NCBI GenBank assembly: GCA_965198235.1
Contig: OZ240248.1
Span: 4,800,001-4,864,000 of the forward strand
DNA: 64,000 nt
Direction of reading: 5' to 3'
From: Candidatus Poribacteria bacterium
Lineage (GTDB): Bacteria; Poribacteria; WGA-4E; WGA-3G
Position numbers and translations under genes: made by a program. Position 1 is the stretch's first letter; each line of letters starts with the position of its first letter. The notes beneath the pieces were generated by a model that was not told the origin of the DNA, made no database searches, and saw only the letters and a list, made by a program, of their open reading frames with translations. This document shows positions 40,937 to 51,157 of the stretch, piece by piece.

Positions 40937-41989
40937 TTACACTCCAAGAAGGTGTTCAAGAATGTAGAAGTCCAAACCTTCATAATCTCTGGCTGTGATA
41001 AATTCCTGTTCGACCTCTTTGTCAAACGTTCGGACCTTCTCAAGTAGGTTAAGGAAGGTTCTGCGACTGCTCAATAAGTGTTTTGTTGAGATGTCGCGTG
41101 GTTGGGTTCGCATTACTTTTACATCTAATCCAATAAATTCGCCGTTTCTACCGTATCCATTTTCTTCCAGTACTTGTACCTGATTAAACGCACGCCGCAA
41201 ATTAACGGAACCGAACGCCTTATCTTGGTCGAATTTTAACCCATTCTGGTCGTTGAGATGGACGCTCCAAAGCTTCTTATGATAGAGAGCGTATCCCATC
41301 TCGTCGGACGGTTCTAAACCTGCGAGAATAGCATGCGCACTTTCGATTAATCCTCCAACGCGTTCCGGCGCATCGCTGGCATAGGCTAAACCGATAGCGT
41401 GCCCGATAGTTGGAATGTAAGCGATGTCCATCGGTTCATTCGGTTTTGGTTCTATGAGAATTCGGATTTCTGGATCGTATTCGAGCAAGGCGTTAATTGC
41501 TTCTAAAATCTGTCCAACTGCACTTGCGGAATCTTTCGTTTCCCGGATGTAGGTGCCTTCGCGGGCAAGCCACAACACGAGATTTTTACACCCAATCTCG
41601 TTAGCGATATCCACACACCGTTTTGAACGTTCCAGGGCATAGTGTCTTTCTTTTTTGGAATTAGAAGTGTAAGCCCCATCGATTGTCTGTGGAGATTCCC
41701 ACAACCGGGGTGCCACTACCTCTGCTGTCAAACCGTGGTCGTCGAGTTGTTTTTTGACGGTTTTTGTTCGCGCTATCAGCTGTGCATGTGTTTTCTCATC
41801 AATATCCGGCACAATGTCATCGTCGTGAAATTGAATTCCAACAAAACCGAGATCGCGATAAAATCCAACCTTTTCATCGAAACTGAACACCTCCCGAACA
41901 GGGGGTCCAAAAGGGTCTGTTCCCTCGTGTATATTCCAGGGTCCGAAAGAGAAACAATATTCTGTTGTTCCTTTAAGGGGTTCGCTCAT
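40937..41989 (-). CDS. Xylose isomerase-like enzyme
   Basis: FHDDD, WLAREG, IEPKPNEP, ESAH, HLNDQNGLKFDQD. Confidence 0.85.
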   Translation of the reverse strand: MSEPLKGTTEYCFSFGPWNIHEGTDPFGPPVREVFSFDEKVGFYRDLGFVGIQFHDDDIVPDIDEKTHAQLIARTKTVKKQLDDHGLTAEVVAPRLWESPQTIDGAYTSNSKKERHYALERSKRCVDIANEIGCKNLVLWLAREGTYIRETKDSASAVGQILEAINALLEYDPEIRILIEPKPNEPMDIAYIPTIGHAIGLAYASDAPERVGGLIESAHAILAGLEPSDEMGYALYHKKLWSVHLNDQNGLKFDQDKAFGSVNLRRAFNQVQVLEENGYGRNGEFIGLDVKVMRTQPRDISTKHLLSSRRTFLNLLEKVRTFDKEVEQEFITARDYEGLDFYILEHLLGV

Positions 41990-42067
41990 TATTTTCTCCT
42001 GTACGCAACGTTTTCTCTTCCACTTCGTTACAAAAATTGCCTTTGATCGCTTTGTTTTACACTAAAT

Positions 42068-42240
42068 TAACGTGAGTTCCGAAAAAATAAGAGTTTGTGG
42101 TATAAAGAGAATCCCTTTGCTATAATGAGTGAACTTTAAACCTTTCATAAAAGGAGTTCTCATAAGTCTATTATATCACCTTTCTGTGCAATTGACAACT
42201 TTTTTCTTGCGTATGAAACATATCAGCTTAAAAATACTAT
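42068..42240 (+). mobile_element. Decayed IS left end with transposase 5' remnant (IS982-like)
   Basis: TAACGTGAGTTC terminus; AAGGAG RBS followed by AAG in place of ATG at 42164; reads SIISPFCAIDNFFLAYE. Confidence 0.5.
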
Positions 42241-42507
42241 AAAGGATATCCCATGGATTTGCGACTGGCAACTTAGGTTAGAATTGGGGCCGACTCGCGT
42301 GTCGGAGCATAAAAGAGATTGGCATTCAGGTTGTTTTTGTGGTATAATTATTAGGACATCGTGGCGGTGGACTTCACCAACCTGATATTCACTGATTTCC
42401 CGGTGATTTTGATAATGAAATGTCAACAGATGCCACTGCCCTGCTTTGGCAAAGGTTTTGCCATATTCCTTGCACGTCTGTTGAAGTATCAAGGCGAACT
42501 CACCGAA

Positions 42508-42876
42508 GGCAAGGTCAGAGACTTTACGCCCCCAAAGTTTTTATGGTGCCTGTCCATTCGCGGTGTTTCCAAAAAGTAAAATGCTTTTTCAGACACCCGA
42601 TATAGATACGGTTACCTTCTATTTTGAAACCCGCTTGTGTGAACATCAGGGATTTGTACTTGTGTTTCGCTTTGATTTTCGGACACCCCACTTTACAAGG
42701 TCTTATAACCGCGCATTTTATTCGCAATTTCAAATGGCATAAGTATACCTTCTTGATAGGCTTATGAATAGAGTTATACTATATTTAGAAGGTAATGTCA
42801 AATATATTTTCAGCGTGTTATCACTCGTCTACATCCCCTAAACTAAACATCGGGATTTGACGAGGAGGGTCAATAA
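42508..42876 (-). pseudogene. IS200/IS605-type tnpB fragment with nearby end-like hairpin
   Basis: PKIKAKHKYKSLMFTQAGFKIEGNRI...GTIKT resembles the TnpB N-lobe; CATCCC...GGGATTTGACG at about 42832-42863. Confidence 0.6.
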
Positions 42877-42891
42877 AGGAACCTTCCCGGA

Positions 42892-45800
42892 ATGTTGCCC
42901 ATATCTCGAGCGATCTTCTCTTACTCATATTTATTTTATCTTTTCATGCTCACGCTGAATCTACCTATCCAGCATATACACGCAGCGGATCATGAAAGCG
43001 AAGGAAGCACGCCACTTCCAACTGTCAACGACTCGATTCGCGAAGCGCAGACATTGATATTAGGGACAACGTCAACAGAAACCTTCAGTTTTTCTGATGT
43101 TTATCATATAGAACTCAGCCTAAATGTATCGGGTAATATCGAACTGATTGCCACAGAGGGTGATGTCATCATCGTTACTCTCGAAAAACAAGCACAAGCT
43201 ACAAACGCAAAACAGGACGATCTGATTCGCGACTATCTTGATAACATCACCTTGACGGGAACACAAAGCGATGATACACTTCAGTTGAGGATACAACTAC
43301 CGGGTAATTCTCCTGAAACAAAATCGAGCCCGCTTTCTAATATGAAATTGGGGTTACAAACCCCTCCCACAGCAGTGCGCTATGATGGACTCCACCTGAA
43401 ATGTACAATTAAAACGCCAGCGGATGTCTCTGTTAAGCTCCATGCCAAAACCGGAGATATATCCCTTCAACGTATCCGTGGGAAGATAGAAGCCTCGACT
43501 GGGACAGGGAACATCCATTTAGATGAAACCTTAGGCAATTACAATATCAATGTGACCACGGGCAACATTGACGGGAAAATTTTGCTGACCCAAGGACAAA
43601 ACACGTTAGAGACCCAAAATGGCTCGATTGGATTGATGGTACTTGACCCTGTTGCAGCACCGATGGATATAACCGCACAAGGCGGTAGCATCCGTTTACG
43701 ACTTCCTGAAAATTATGCCGCGGATGTCGAGCTTGAGAGTGAGAAACAGCAAATTGTTGTCAATTTGCCCGCACAATTTGACGAGGAAACGGGCCTGACC
43801 ATTATTAACGATGGTGGACCCCTGTTTCGGTTGAAAGCCACCGACGCGATTTCACTTCTATCGAGTTCGCCGAGCGGTGGAAATGTATCCGCAGACGCTG
43901 AAACGAATCCATTTGTGGATTTTGCTCAACCTGTTCCGCAAATAGCAAAAGCCCCCATTATTGATGGCAATTTATCTGAAATTGTATGGCAATCAGCGGC
44001 TCTGCTCTCTCCGTTCCAAAATCCAGATGGCACCGATGTTCCAAGCAATTCAACTGAAACTTTTTTAATATGGGATGCCGAGAATTTCTATGTCGGTGTA
44101 AAGGCGTATGTGTCTGATTCGTTTCTCCCGTATATTTCACAGACCCAGCATGACTCACCAATTTGGGAGGACGAGTGTATTGAAATTCTGATCGATCCTA
44201 ATCCGCAAACCGATGTTTACTATCACCTTGTTATCAACCCAATTAGTGCGTATTTTGATCAGCGTGTTAATACACCTGGAAAACCCAGTTTCCGGTTTGC
44301 ACCTCATGATGTTCAAGTTACTTTGAATCGAAAAACGATGGAAACAGCGTTCGATGCGGATGGCGCATGGAACTCAGAAGCGAAAGTTGCCAGCCAAATT
44401 AGCACCATTTTTTGGAGTCTTGAAGTCGCTCTCCCGCGTAAGATGTTGGAACCTTCTCCTGAGATGGATTCGCAGTCGACATCCTCTGTTGAAAGTAGGT
44501 GGCTTTTTAACATCCATCGTAAGATGCATAGTAGCAATATGAAGAGCCTTATTCCTGCTAGGTCCAGAGAATATAGTTATTGGCAGCCGATTTATGATAC
44601 CGAGCATCCATGGTGGTCCCATTCGCCGCATGAGTATGAGGGTCCCCTTTCGGGACGCTATGGTCCGGCAATGGGGGTTTTGGAATTCATTACGACACCA
44701 CTCGCTTCTGAAGACTTCGCATCCGAAGCTAAGGTCCGGGTTGCGACTATTGAAATCAAAGGTAATACCACAATTCCGACAGAGGTTGTTCAAGAGTCCC
44801 TTCCTATTCAGCCTGAAGATGTTATCACAAGTCCACAACTTTCTTGGCTAATCACAGAATTGCGGGAACAGGGTTGGTTTCAAGATGTGCGTTTGGAAAC
44901 TCAGCAGGTCGAAGCAGACGGTGAAGAAGAAGTCAGCGGTCAGCAGAATAGCAATCAGCCATCAGCAGTCAGCAGTCAGAAAGAGGACGTAATTTCACCA
45001 GAAAACCTCTTAACTGACAGCCGAGAGCCGAGAGCCGACAACCACGCCGCTGAAAGCCAAGGGAAACCGAAAGCCATTCCAAGTGTCAGTTTGCATATCC
45101 GAGTTACGGAAGCCCCTGTGCTTTTTGCCCAGCAAATTAAGATCGAAGGGAACAGGAGTTTCCCTTCACGATTCATCAAGGAGTGGTTTCAGTTAGAATC
45201 CGGCTATCTTGCTGTCACTGTTGTTAGACTGAAGCAACAATTAATTGCTGATTTTTATTCAAATCGTGGATATGAATTCGCGACTGTTACACATCGATTT
45301 GTCAATGATGTACTTGAATTTAGCATTGATGAGGGGACATTGCACGAAATTCGTTTTACTGGAAACAGTCGAATCTTGCGGGCGGAACTGTTGTCAGCAC
45401 TTAACCTAAAAACTGAGGACAGTGATGAAGAACGAGGTTCACAAGCCTCGGATATTTACTATCATGCCCTCGGTCAATCGAAGATAAACGGTATGCGTAA
45501 GGAACTCAGCAAAAACAGTGAGCATTTTAAATCGGTTCGGAATTGGCGTGTTCAACGTGAGGGTGGAAAAAACGTCATGATTGTTGACATTGAAGAGCAG
45601 CCGTTCGCGAGACCGGGTGGTTTTCCGATTCTTCAATTCAATCGTGTTCACGGATTAATGCTTGGCGCGGGTGGAACGCTCTCGACTCGCCTCACAGGTA
45701 AAGAACAGGTTTTCGGTTCAATAAGCCGTGGATTTTCGAGCAAAATATGGAACTATCACGCAGGGCTCGAGAAGGGGTTCTTTAAACGGCAGCCTCTCAG

Positions 45801-46734
45801 ACTCGGGGGGAGTTTCTATAAACTTACCGATGTTAGTTCTAATATGTATCTGCATCAAGGTGATGCTACCCTGAGTGCCACCTATTATGGTTCAGCACTT
45901 CAAGATTATTATGAACGTCAGGGATCTCAGGGATGGATAACCTATGCGCCATCAGAATGGACGTATCTTAAATTGGAGTTCACTGCGGAGAGACACGATA
46001 ACCTTTCCAAATCTACGGATTGGAGTTACTTAAACCGAAATCTGCTCAAGCGGGGAAACTCACGGATTAATCGTGGACAATTAAGGAGTCTTTCTCTCGT
46101 TTATGCGTTCGATACACGGGATCATAGGTCTACTATCACACGGCATTTCCACACGCTGTTTTCCGCAAATGAGCGAGCTCGGCGTGGATGGCGCGGTCAA
46201 TTCGCAGTTGAAATAGCAGGTCAAGGTTTCGGTGGGGACCACGCCTTCAATTTCTATCGGTTTGAGTTGACACGCTACACGCCTTTATCGGGTTCACACC
46301 ACCTGAACGTTCGGGTTGCGGGTGATTTTTCTGATGCTCCCTTGCCGAGACAACGACTCCTTCACCTTGGGGGTGGTAATACCCTGCGCGGTCACGATTT
46401 TAACGTATTCGCTGGGGATAATCGGCTTCTGCTTAACCTTGAGTATCGGCTCATCAAAGAAACAATTCCCAGTGAACAAGACGCTGTGCTCGGGTGGACA
46501 CTCAGTTGTTTTTTGGATGTAGGTAGTGTGTGGTGGCATGATGCCCGCTTTTCCGATTTTGAAGATTTCATGATGCGGTTCAAAACGTCAATCGGTGTTG
46601 GATGCTCTGTTTTTGTAGATCCATTCGGGAATCCCGCACCGTGGAGTCTTGCTCTTGAAGTGGCAGAACCACTCAATTCGTCTTTCTCCTTACGAAATCC
46701 GAGCATCATTTTGCGCCTGGAACGCATGTTTTAA
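42892..46734 (+). CDS. Omp85/BamA-family outer-membrane protein with DUF4097-like, CBM9-like and POTRA domains
   Basis: TGDI/TGNI beta repeats; PIIDGNLSE..W, WDAENFY, WSLEVALP (CBM9-like); IxGN POTRA starts; LGGGNTLRGH (VRGY-like); C-terminal Phe. Confidence 0.8.
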   Translation: MLPISRAIFSYSYLFYLFMLTLNLPIQHIHAADHESEGSTPLPTVNDSIREAQTLILGTTSTETFSFSDVYHIELSLNVSGNIELIATEGDVIIVTLEKQAQATNAKQDDLIRDYLDNITLTGTQSDDTLQLRIQLPGNSPETKSSPLSNMKLGLQTPPTAVRYDGLHLKCTIKTPADVSVKLHAKTGDISLQRIRGKIEASTGTGNIHLDETLGNYNINVTTGNIDGKILLTQGQNTLETQNGSIGLMVLDPVAAPMDITAQGGSIRLRLPENYAADVELESEKQQIVVNLPAQFDEETGLTIINDGGPLFRLKATDAISLLSSSPSGGNVSADAETNPFVDFAQPVPQIAKAPIIDGNLSEIVWQSAALLSPFQNPDGTDVPSNSTETFLIWDAENFYVGVKAYVSDSFLPYISQTQHDSPIWEDECIEILIDPNPQTDVYYHLVINPISAYFDQRVNTPGKPSFRFAPHDVQVTLNRKTMETAFDADGAWNSEAKVASQISTIFWSLEVALPRKMLEPSPEMDSQSTSSVESRWLFNIHRKMHSSNMKSLIPARSREYSYWQPIYDTEHPWWSHSPHEYEGPLSGRYGPAMGVLEFITTPLASEDFASEAKVRVATIEIKGNTTIPTEVVQESLPIQPEDVITSPQLSWLITELREQGWFQDVRLETQQVEADGEEEVSGQQNSNQPSAVSSQKEDVISPENLLTDSREPRADNHAAESQGKPKAIPSVSLHIRVTEAPVLFAQQIKIEGNRSFPSRFIKEWFQLESGYLAVTVVRLKQQLIADFYSNRGYEFATVTHRFVNDVLEFSIDEGTLHEIRFTGNSRILRAELLSALNLKTEDSDEERGSQASDIYYHALGQSKINGMRKELSKNSEHFKSVRNWRVQREGGKNVMIVDIEEQPFARPGGFPILQFNRVHGLMLGAGGTLSTRLTGKEQVFGSISRGFSSKIWNYHAGLEKGFFKRQPLRLGGSFYKLTDVSSNMYLHQGDATLSATYYGSALQDYYERQGSQGWITYAPSEWTYLKLEFTAERHDNLSKSTDWSYLNRNLLKRGNSRINRGQLRSLSLVYAFDTRDHRSTITRHFHTLFSANERARRGWRGQFAVEIAGQGFGGDHAFNFYRFELTRYTPLSGSHHLNVRVAGDFSDAPLPRQRLLHLGGGNTLRGHDFNVFAGDNRLLLNLEYRLIKETIPSEQDAVLGWTLSCFLDVGSVWWHDARFSDFEDFMMRFKTSIGVGCSVFVDPFGNPAPWSLALEVAEPLNSSFSLRNPSIILRLERMF

Positions 46735-46866
46735 TCAGAGAGAATATCAGCAGGAAAATTAGAAAAACGTAAGCCCAACCAACGGGCCGGGCTGGATATA
46801 CGCCGAGGAGCGTCATTCATCCAACCCACCTGACCGAACCGCAAGGAAAAATTAAAAAATAAAAAT

Positions 46867-47979
46867 ATGAAAACAACACCACTCTATCATATCCATGAGA
46901 AACTTGGTGCAGCATTCGAAAAAAAGCATTTAGATTGGAATATTGCTACCGAGTTCACCGATGCTGTTTCCGAACATCATGCTGTTAGAAACAACGTTGG
47001 TATTACTGACGTGTCCTATCGAGGTCGGTATCGGTTAATCGGCGAGGATCGGGCGAAATTTCTACATCGTATCATCTCCAACGATGTTGAAAGTCTCTCA
47101 ATTGGCCAAGGCACTTACGCCACGATTTTAACGCACCGCGGCAAAATTATAGCCGATATGAATATCTCTGTACTTGAAGACGCAATCAGTATTGACACCG
47201 CGCCTGAGACCACAGAAAGCCTTTTCAACGAGTTGGACAAGTACATCATCGCTGACGATGTTGAGCTTTCGGATGTAACCGCTGAAACTGGGGCAATCGC
47301 TGTTCAGGGTCCAAAAGCAGCGGATCTTGTTCAATCTGTGCTCGGTGTAGACGAACTCGCTGCGCTGCCAGAGCGGTATAACCGCTTTCGTGAAGCAGAT
47401 TCGCTTTTTAAACACGCAATTGTCTGTGTGAGAACAGATAGCACTGGCGAGATGGGTTGGACGCTTTATACCGCTGCCGAGGCATTAGTTTTGCTTTGGG
47501 AGACATTAATGACTGAGGGGGCACGCTTTGACGTTCAACCGATCGGTTGGAATGCCCTTGAGTCGCTCCGCATTGAAGCAGGCGTGCCGAGATACGGGAC
47601 AGAATTAACCGATTCTATTATCCCACTTGAGGCTGAATTGGAACACGCTATCGATTTTGAGAAGGGATGTTATATTGGGCAGGAGATTGTCGCGCGCATG
47701 AAATATCGGGGGCACCCGAATCGCCTCTTGCGCGGCATTGAAATTGACGCCGACTTCACATTGCAAGACTGCCATAAGCTTCCCTTAGATGCGCGGGTTT
47801 TCAACGGCGACAAAGAGGTGGGGTGGATTACGAGTGCCACCTTTGCCCCGACGCTCGGAAAATCAGTTGCTCTCGGTTACGTTCGGATGGAAGTTACTGA
47901 AGCAGGTAGCCGTGTCCAAATCAAGACCTCAGAAGGGTATGTTGATGGCGCGGTCGTGCTGCTGCCCTTTTCGGCGTAG
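46867..47979 (+). CDS. GcvT/YgfZ-family folate-binding protein
   Basis: LRIEAG and the YgfZ signature KGCYIGQE. Confidence 0.88.
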   Translation: MKTTPLYHIHEKLGAAFEKKHLDWNIATEFTDAVSEHHAVRNNVGITDVSYRGRYRLIGEDRAKFLHRIISNDVESLSIGQGTYATILTHRGKIIADMNISVLEDAISIDTAPETTESLFNELDKYIIADDVELSDVTAETGAIAVQGPKAADLVQSVLGVDELAALPERYNRFREADSLFKHAIVCVRTDSTGEMGWTLYTAAEALVLLWETLMTEGARFDVQPIGWNALESLRIEAGVPRYGTELTDSIIPLEAELEHAIDFEKGCYIGQEIVARMKYRGHPNRLLRGIEIDADFTLQDCHKLPLDARVFNGDKEVGWITSATFAPTLGKSVALGYVRMEVTEAGSRVQIKTSEGYVDGAVVLLPFSA

Positions 47980-48093
47980 CCTACAATCCAAGGGCTTGCT
48001 ATATAAAATATCACGACAAGGTTTCTATCCGCGCGCTGTTTTCAGGTTGGCTCTACAAGCGCGCAGGCAAAACTGTAGAGGAGGAATTTTACT

Positions 48094-48933
48094 ATGGAAC
48101 ATTCAAGATTCTCTAAAATTCTACTCGGTTTAGATGGCTCTGCCTATGCACAAGCGGCGATTGAATACGCCTGTCAACTCGCGCTTAGCCATAATGCAGC
48201 AATTACAGGGGTCGCTATCATCGATCAACCGGGCATTCAATCTTCAAGCGGTCCAGTACCAATCGGGGCAACGCATTATGATATACAACTTGAAGAGCAA
48301 CAGTTAAAAGAGACAGAAAACAAGGCAAAAGCCATTCTTGAAGATTTTGCGCGTATCTGTGAGGAGCGACAAGTGAATGCTGTCTTACACGCCGATACAG
48401 GTCGCCCTTTCTCCGAAATAATTGAGGAATCCAAATTTCACGATTTCATTGTGATCGGAAAGCGGACGTTTTTTGAATACAATGCCGATGAAACTTATGG
48501 GACACTTGAGCGTATTTTGAGAAACGGGTTCACGCCTGTCCTGGCTGTGTCAGATTCAGTACGAGAAATTAAGAAGGTCCTGGTTGCCTATGATAATAGT
48601 GTTCCCGCTTCTAAAGCGGTGCACATGTTCCTTCTGCTCGGTATATGGAACACCAGTGATATAACGCTTCTTACCGTTAATGATAATGCTGAAGCCGCGC
48701 AGGGGTTATTAGACAGTCTTGGGGAATTTTTTGAGAGTTACGGAATTAAACCGAATCTCGCTACGCGAAGCGGGCATCCGGATACTGCTGTCAAATCCTA
48801 TATTGCAGAGAACAACATTGATATGTTGGTGATGGGGGCTTACGGTAGAAAAAGCGTCCGTGAGTTTTTCGTCGGCAGCGTTACACAACACTTGATTCAG
48901 GAAGCGACGATTCCACTTTTCCTTTATCATTAG
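48094..48933 (+). CDS. Universal stress protein (tandem USP domains)
   Basis: ILLGLDGS, VLVAYDNS, VMGAYG...GSVT. Confidence 0.9.
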   Translation: MEHSRFSKILLGLDGSAYAQAAIEYACQLALSHNAAITGVAIIDQPGIQSSSGPVPIGATHYDIQLEEQQLKETENKAKAILEDFARICEERQVNAVLHADTGRPFSEIIEESKFHDFIVIGKRTFFEYNADETYGTLERILRNGFTPVLAVSDSVREIKKVLVAYDNSVPASKAVHMFLLLGIWNTSDITLLTVNDNAEAAQGLLDSLGEFFESYGIKPNLATRSGHPDTAVKSYIAENNIDMLVMGAYGRKSVREFFVGSVTQHLIQEATIPLFLYH

Positions 48934-49022
48934 CGAAGATAAACTATCGCCGCGTTTTTGTCGCGGCTACAAACCGTGTCTCTGATAGAGGCACGATATT
49001 TATAGGAGGCAAATTTAAACCG

Positions 49023-49931
49023 ATGGTATACAGTAAGTTTTATTTTCGTATATCTCTTTTACTGTTCCTCCCGATACTCTTAGGTGGATGCGGTCTTGCC
49101 AAGTTAGCGAGAATTCAAGGAGAAGGCGACCTTGCTGTGGTAGAAGCCACCCTTGAGGGGAACATCGGCACGCTTGAACGCATATCTAAAATTGGGAGTA
49201 AGAATCTCATTATTAAGACGGCTCGCGCGTATTCATCTTATGCCGGCTTTATTGAGGATAAGATGGAAGAGTCTGAAATAGCAGGCGACTATGAGACTGC
49301 AGAGGAGATGCACGCACGTGCAATTGACTACTATATCCGTTCTGAGGGATACGCGCTCAAAGCTTTAGCGAAGTCGAATAAAACCTTCAATGAGGCAAGA
49401 ACTGTTGATATCGATGGCTTTGAAAAAGCACTTCAGAGTTTGAAAAAGAAGGATGTTGAACCACTGTTTTGGGCGGCTTATGCCATAGCACGCGGCATTA
49501 GTCTCCAGAAAGATGATCCGATGCAAGTGATTGACTTGGTTCGGGTGGAATTGATGATGGGGCGTGTGCTTGAATTGGATGAAACCTTCTACTTCGGCGG
49601 CGCGCATCTATTTTATACTGTTTATTACGGCGACCGGGCCCCCGCAATCGGTGGAGACCCGGAGAAGGCAAAGGAACATATTGGGCATGTAGATCGAATC
49701 AATGGCGGCAAGTTCTTGATGAGTAAATTCTACCTCGCACGATACTATGCCTATCCTAAACAGGATGTGAAGCTTTACAAGCAGTCGTTACAAGAAATTC
49801 TTGATGCACCGTCGGACATTTATCCTGGGGAAGAAGCAGCGACTTCGTTGGCAAAATCACGCGCCAAACGCTGGCTCGATCAGGCTGATGTTCTTTTTGA
49901 TCCAGAAATGGAGGAAGGAGATATAGAGTAA
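49023..49931 (+). CDS. TRAP transporter T-component (TatT) lipoprotein
   Basis: LGGC lipobox; LELDETFYFGGAH and GGDPEKAK; adjacent to a DctP-like gene. Confidence 0.8.
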   Translation: MVYSKFYFRISLLLFLPILLGGCGLAKLARIQGEGDLAVVEATLEGNIGTLERISKIGSKNLIIKTARAYSSYAGFIEDKMEESEIAGDYETAEEMHARAIDYYIRSEGYALKALAKSNKTFNEARTVDIDGFEKALQSLKKKDVEPLFWAAYAIARGISLQKDDPMQVIDLVRVELMMGRVLELDETFYFGGAHLFYTVYYGDRAPAIGGDPEKAKEHIGHVDRINGGKFLMSKFYLARYYAYPKQDVKLYKQSLQEILDAPSDIYPGEEAATSLAKSRAKRWLDQADVLFDPEMEEGDIE

Positions 49932-50974
49932 TGAAGAACGAAAAAACAGACTATAAAGCACACGCTGCTAAATTAGCGGGCGTGTTTCTATTGATTTTAG
50001 GAATGTTTTGTCTACCCGTGGCGAGTCTTGATGCCGAATCTATTAAATTCGCGACACTCGCGCCAAAGGGTTCCACATGGATGAATAATTTTGAGGCGAT
50101 GGGGAAAGAAATTCGCGCCAAAACAGATGGTAATCTTCGACTTCGTATCTATCCAAATGGGGTTCAGGGAGATGAACTTGATGTTATCCGCAAGATGCGA
50201 GCCGGATTGATCCACGCGGGGGCTATGACCGCTACGGGTCTTGGCGAGATACAGAAAGAGGTCCTGATTTTCCAACTGCCTCGAATGTTCAGAACTTACG
50301 AAGAACTTGACTATGTCCGTGACTACCTCCGTGCGGATCTTGACAAAGCATTTATGGATGCCGGGTATGTCCTACTCGGTATGGGAGACCTCGGCTTCTA
50401 TTATATATTCAGCAATCAACCTATCCGCACTATTGCCGACCTTCAATCCCCAAACGTCAAGATGTGGGCTCGTACATCAGACAGAATTGGGCTTACGTTT
50501 CACAAAAACGCCGAGATCGCGACTGTACCGAGAGAGGTTACACAGGTCCTGCCTTCGCTCTACTCGGGGCAAATCAACACCCTAACTGCGTCCCCTTATG
50601 TCACTATCGCGCTGCAATGGCACGATAAATTCAAATATATGACCGACCTTCCCGTCAGTGTTGGTGTTGGCGCAACAGTCATGACAAAGGAAAAATTTGA
50701 TGCGCTTTCCCCGGACCAGCAGAAAGTTGTGCGCGAGACCACGGACGCGTATCAGGGCGATTTAATTCAGAATATTCGCAAAGATAATGAAAGGGCACTT
50801 GAGGCACTGCAAAAGAAGGCAGGTATTAAAGTCGTTGAATTCGAGGACGATGCCCGGGAAGCGTGGGATGCTATCGCTGCAGAAACCCACAAAGCACTCG
50901 TCGGTGAGATTTACTCACAAGACTTTCTTGATAAGATTAACGCCCTTTTGCAAGCGTACCGAGAGAAAAATTAA
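49931..50974 (+). CDS. dctP: TRAP substrate-binding protein DctP (TatP type)
   Basis: KFATLAPKGSTW and YPNGVQGDE motifs. Confidence 0.88.
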   Translation: MKNEKTDYKAHAAKLAGVFLLILGMFCLPVASLDAESIKFATLAPKGSTWMNNFEAMGKEIRAKTDGNLRLRIYPNGVQGDELDVIRKMRAGLIHAGAMTATGLGEIQKEVLIFQLPRMFRTYEELDYVRDYLRADLDKAFMDAGYVLLGMGDLGFYYIFSNQPIRTIADLQSPNVKMWARTSDRIGLTFHKNAEIATVPREVTQVLPSLYSGQINTLTASPYVTIALQWHDKFKYMTDLPVSVGVGATVMTKEKFDALSPDQQKVVRETTDAYQGDLIQNIRKDNERALEALQKKAGIKVVEFEDDAREAWDAIAAETHKALVGEIYSQDFLDKINALLQAYREKN

Positions 50975-51157
50975 GTCGCACTGACCTAACCCGTCAGTAA
51001 CCTTTCGTTGATAGGCACGCTTCCAAAGCGTGCCTGTCAAATTTATGTAAGTTCTGCTTTCACCCGATCTTATTGATTTCCTTGTAATTACCTTCACATC
51101 TGTGTATAATTGGTGTTATCCTAAGTTCAATCACCGAAAATATACGGAGAAAATTTT

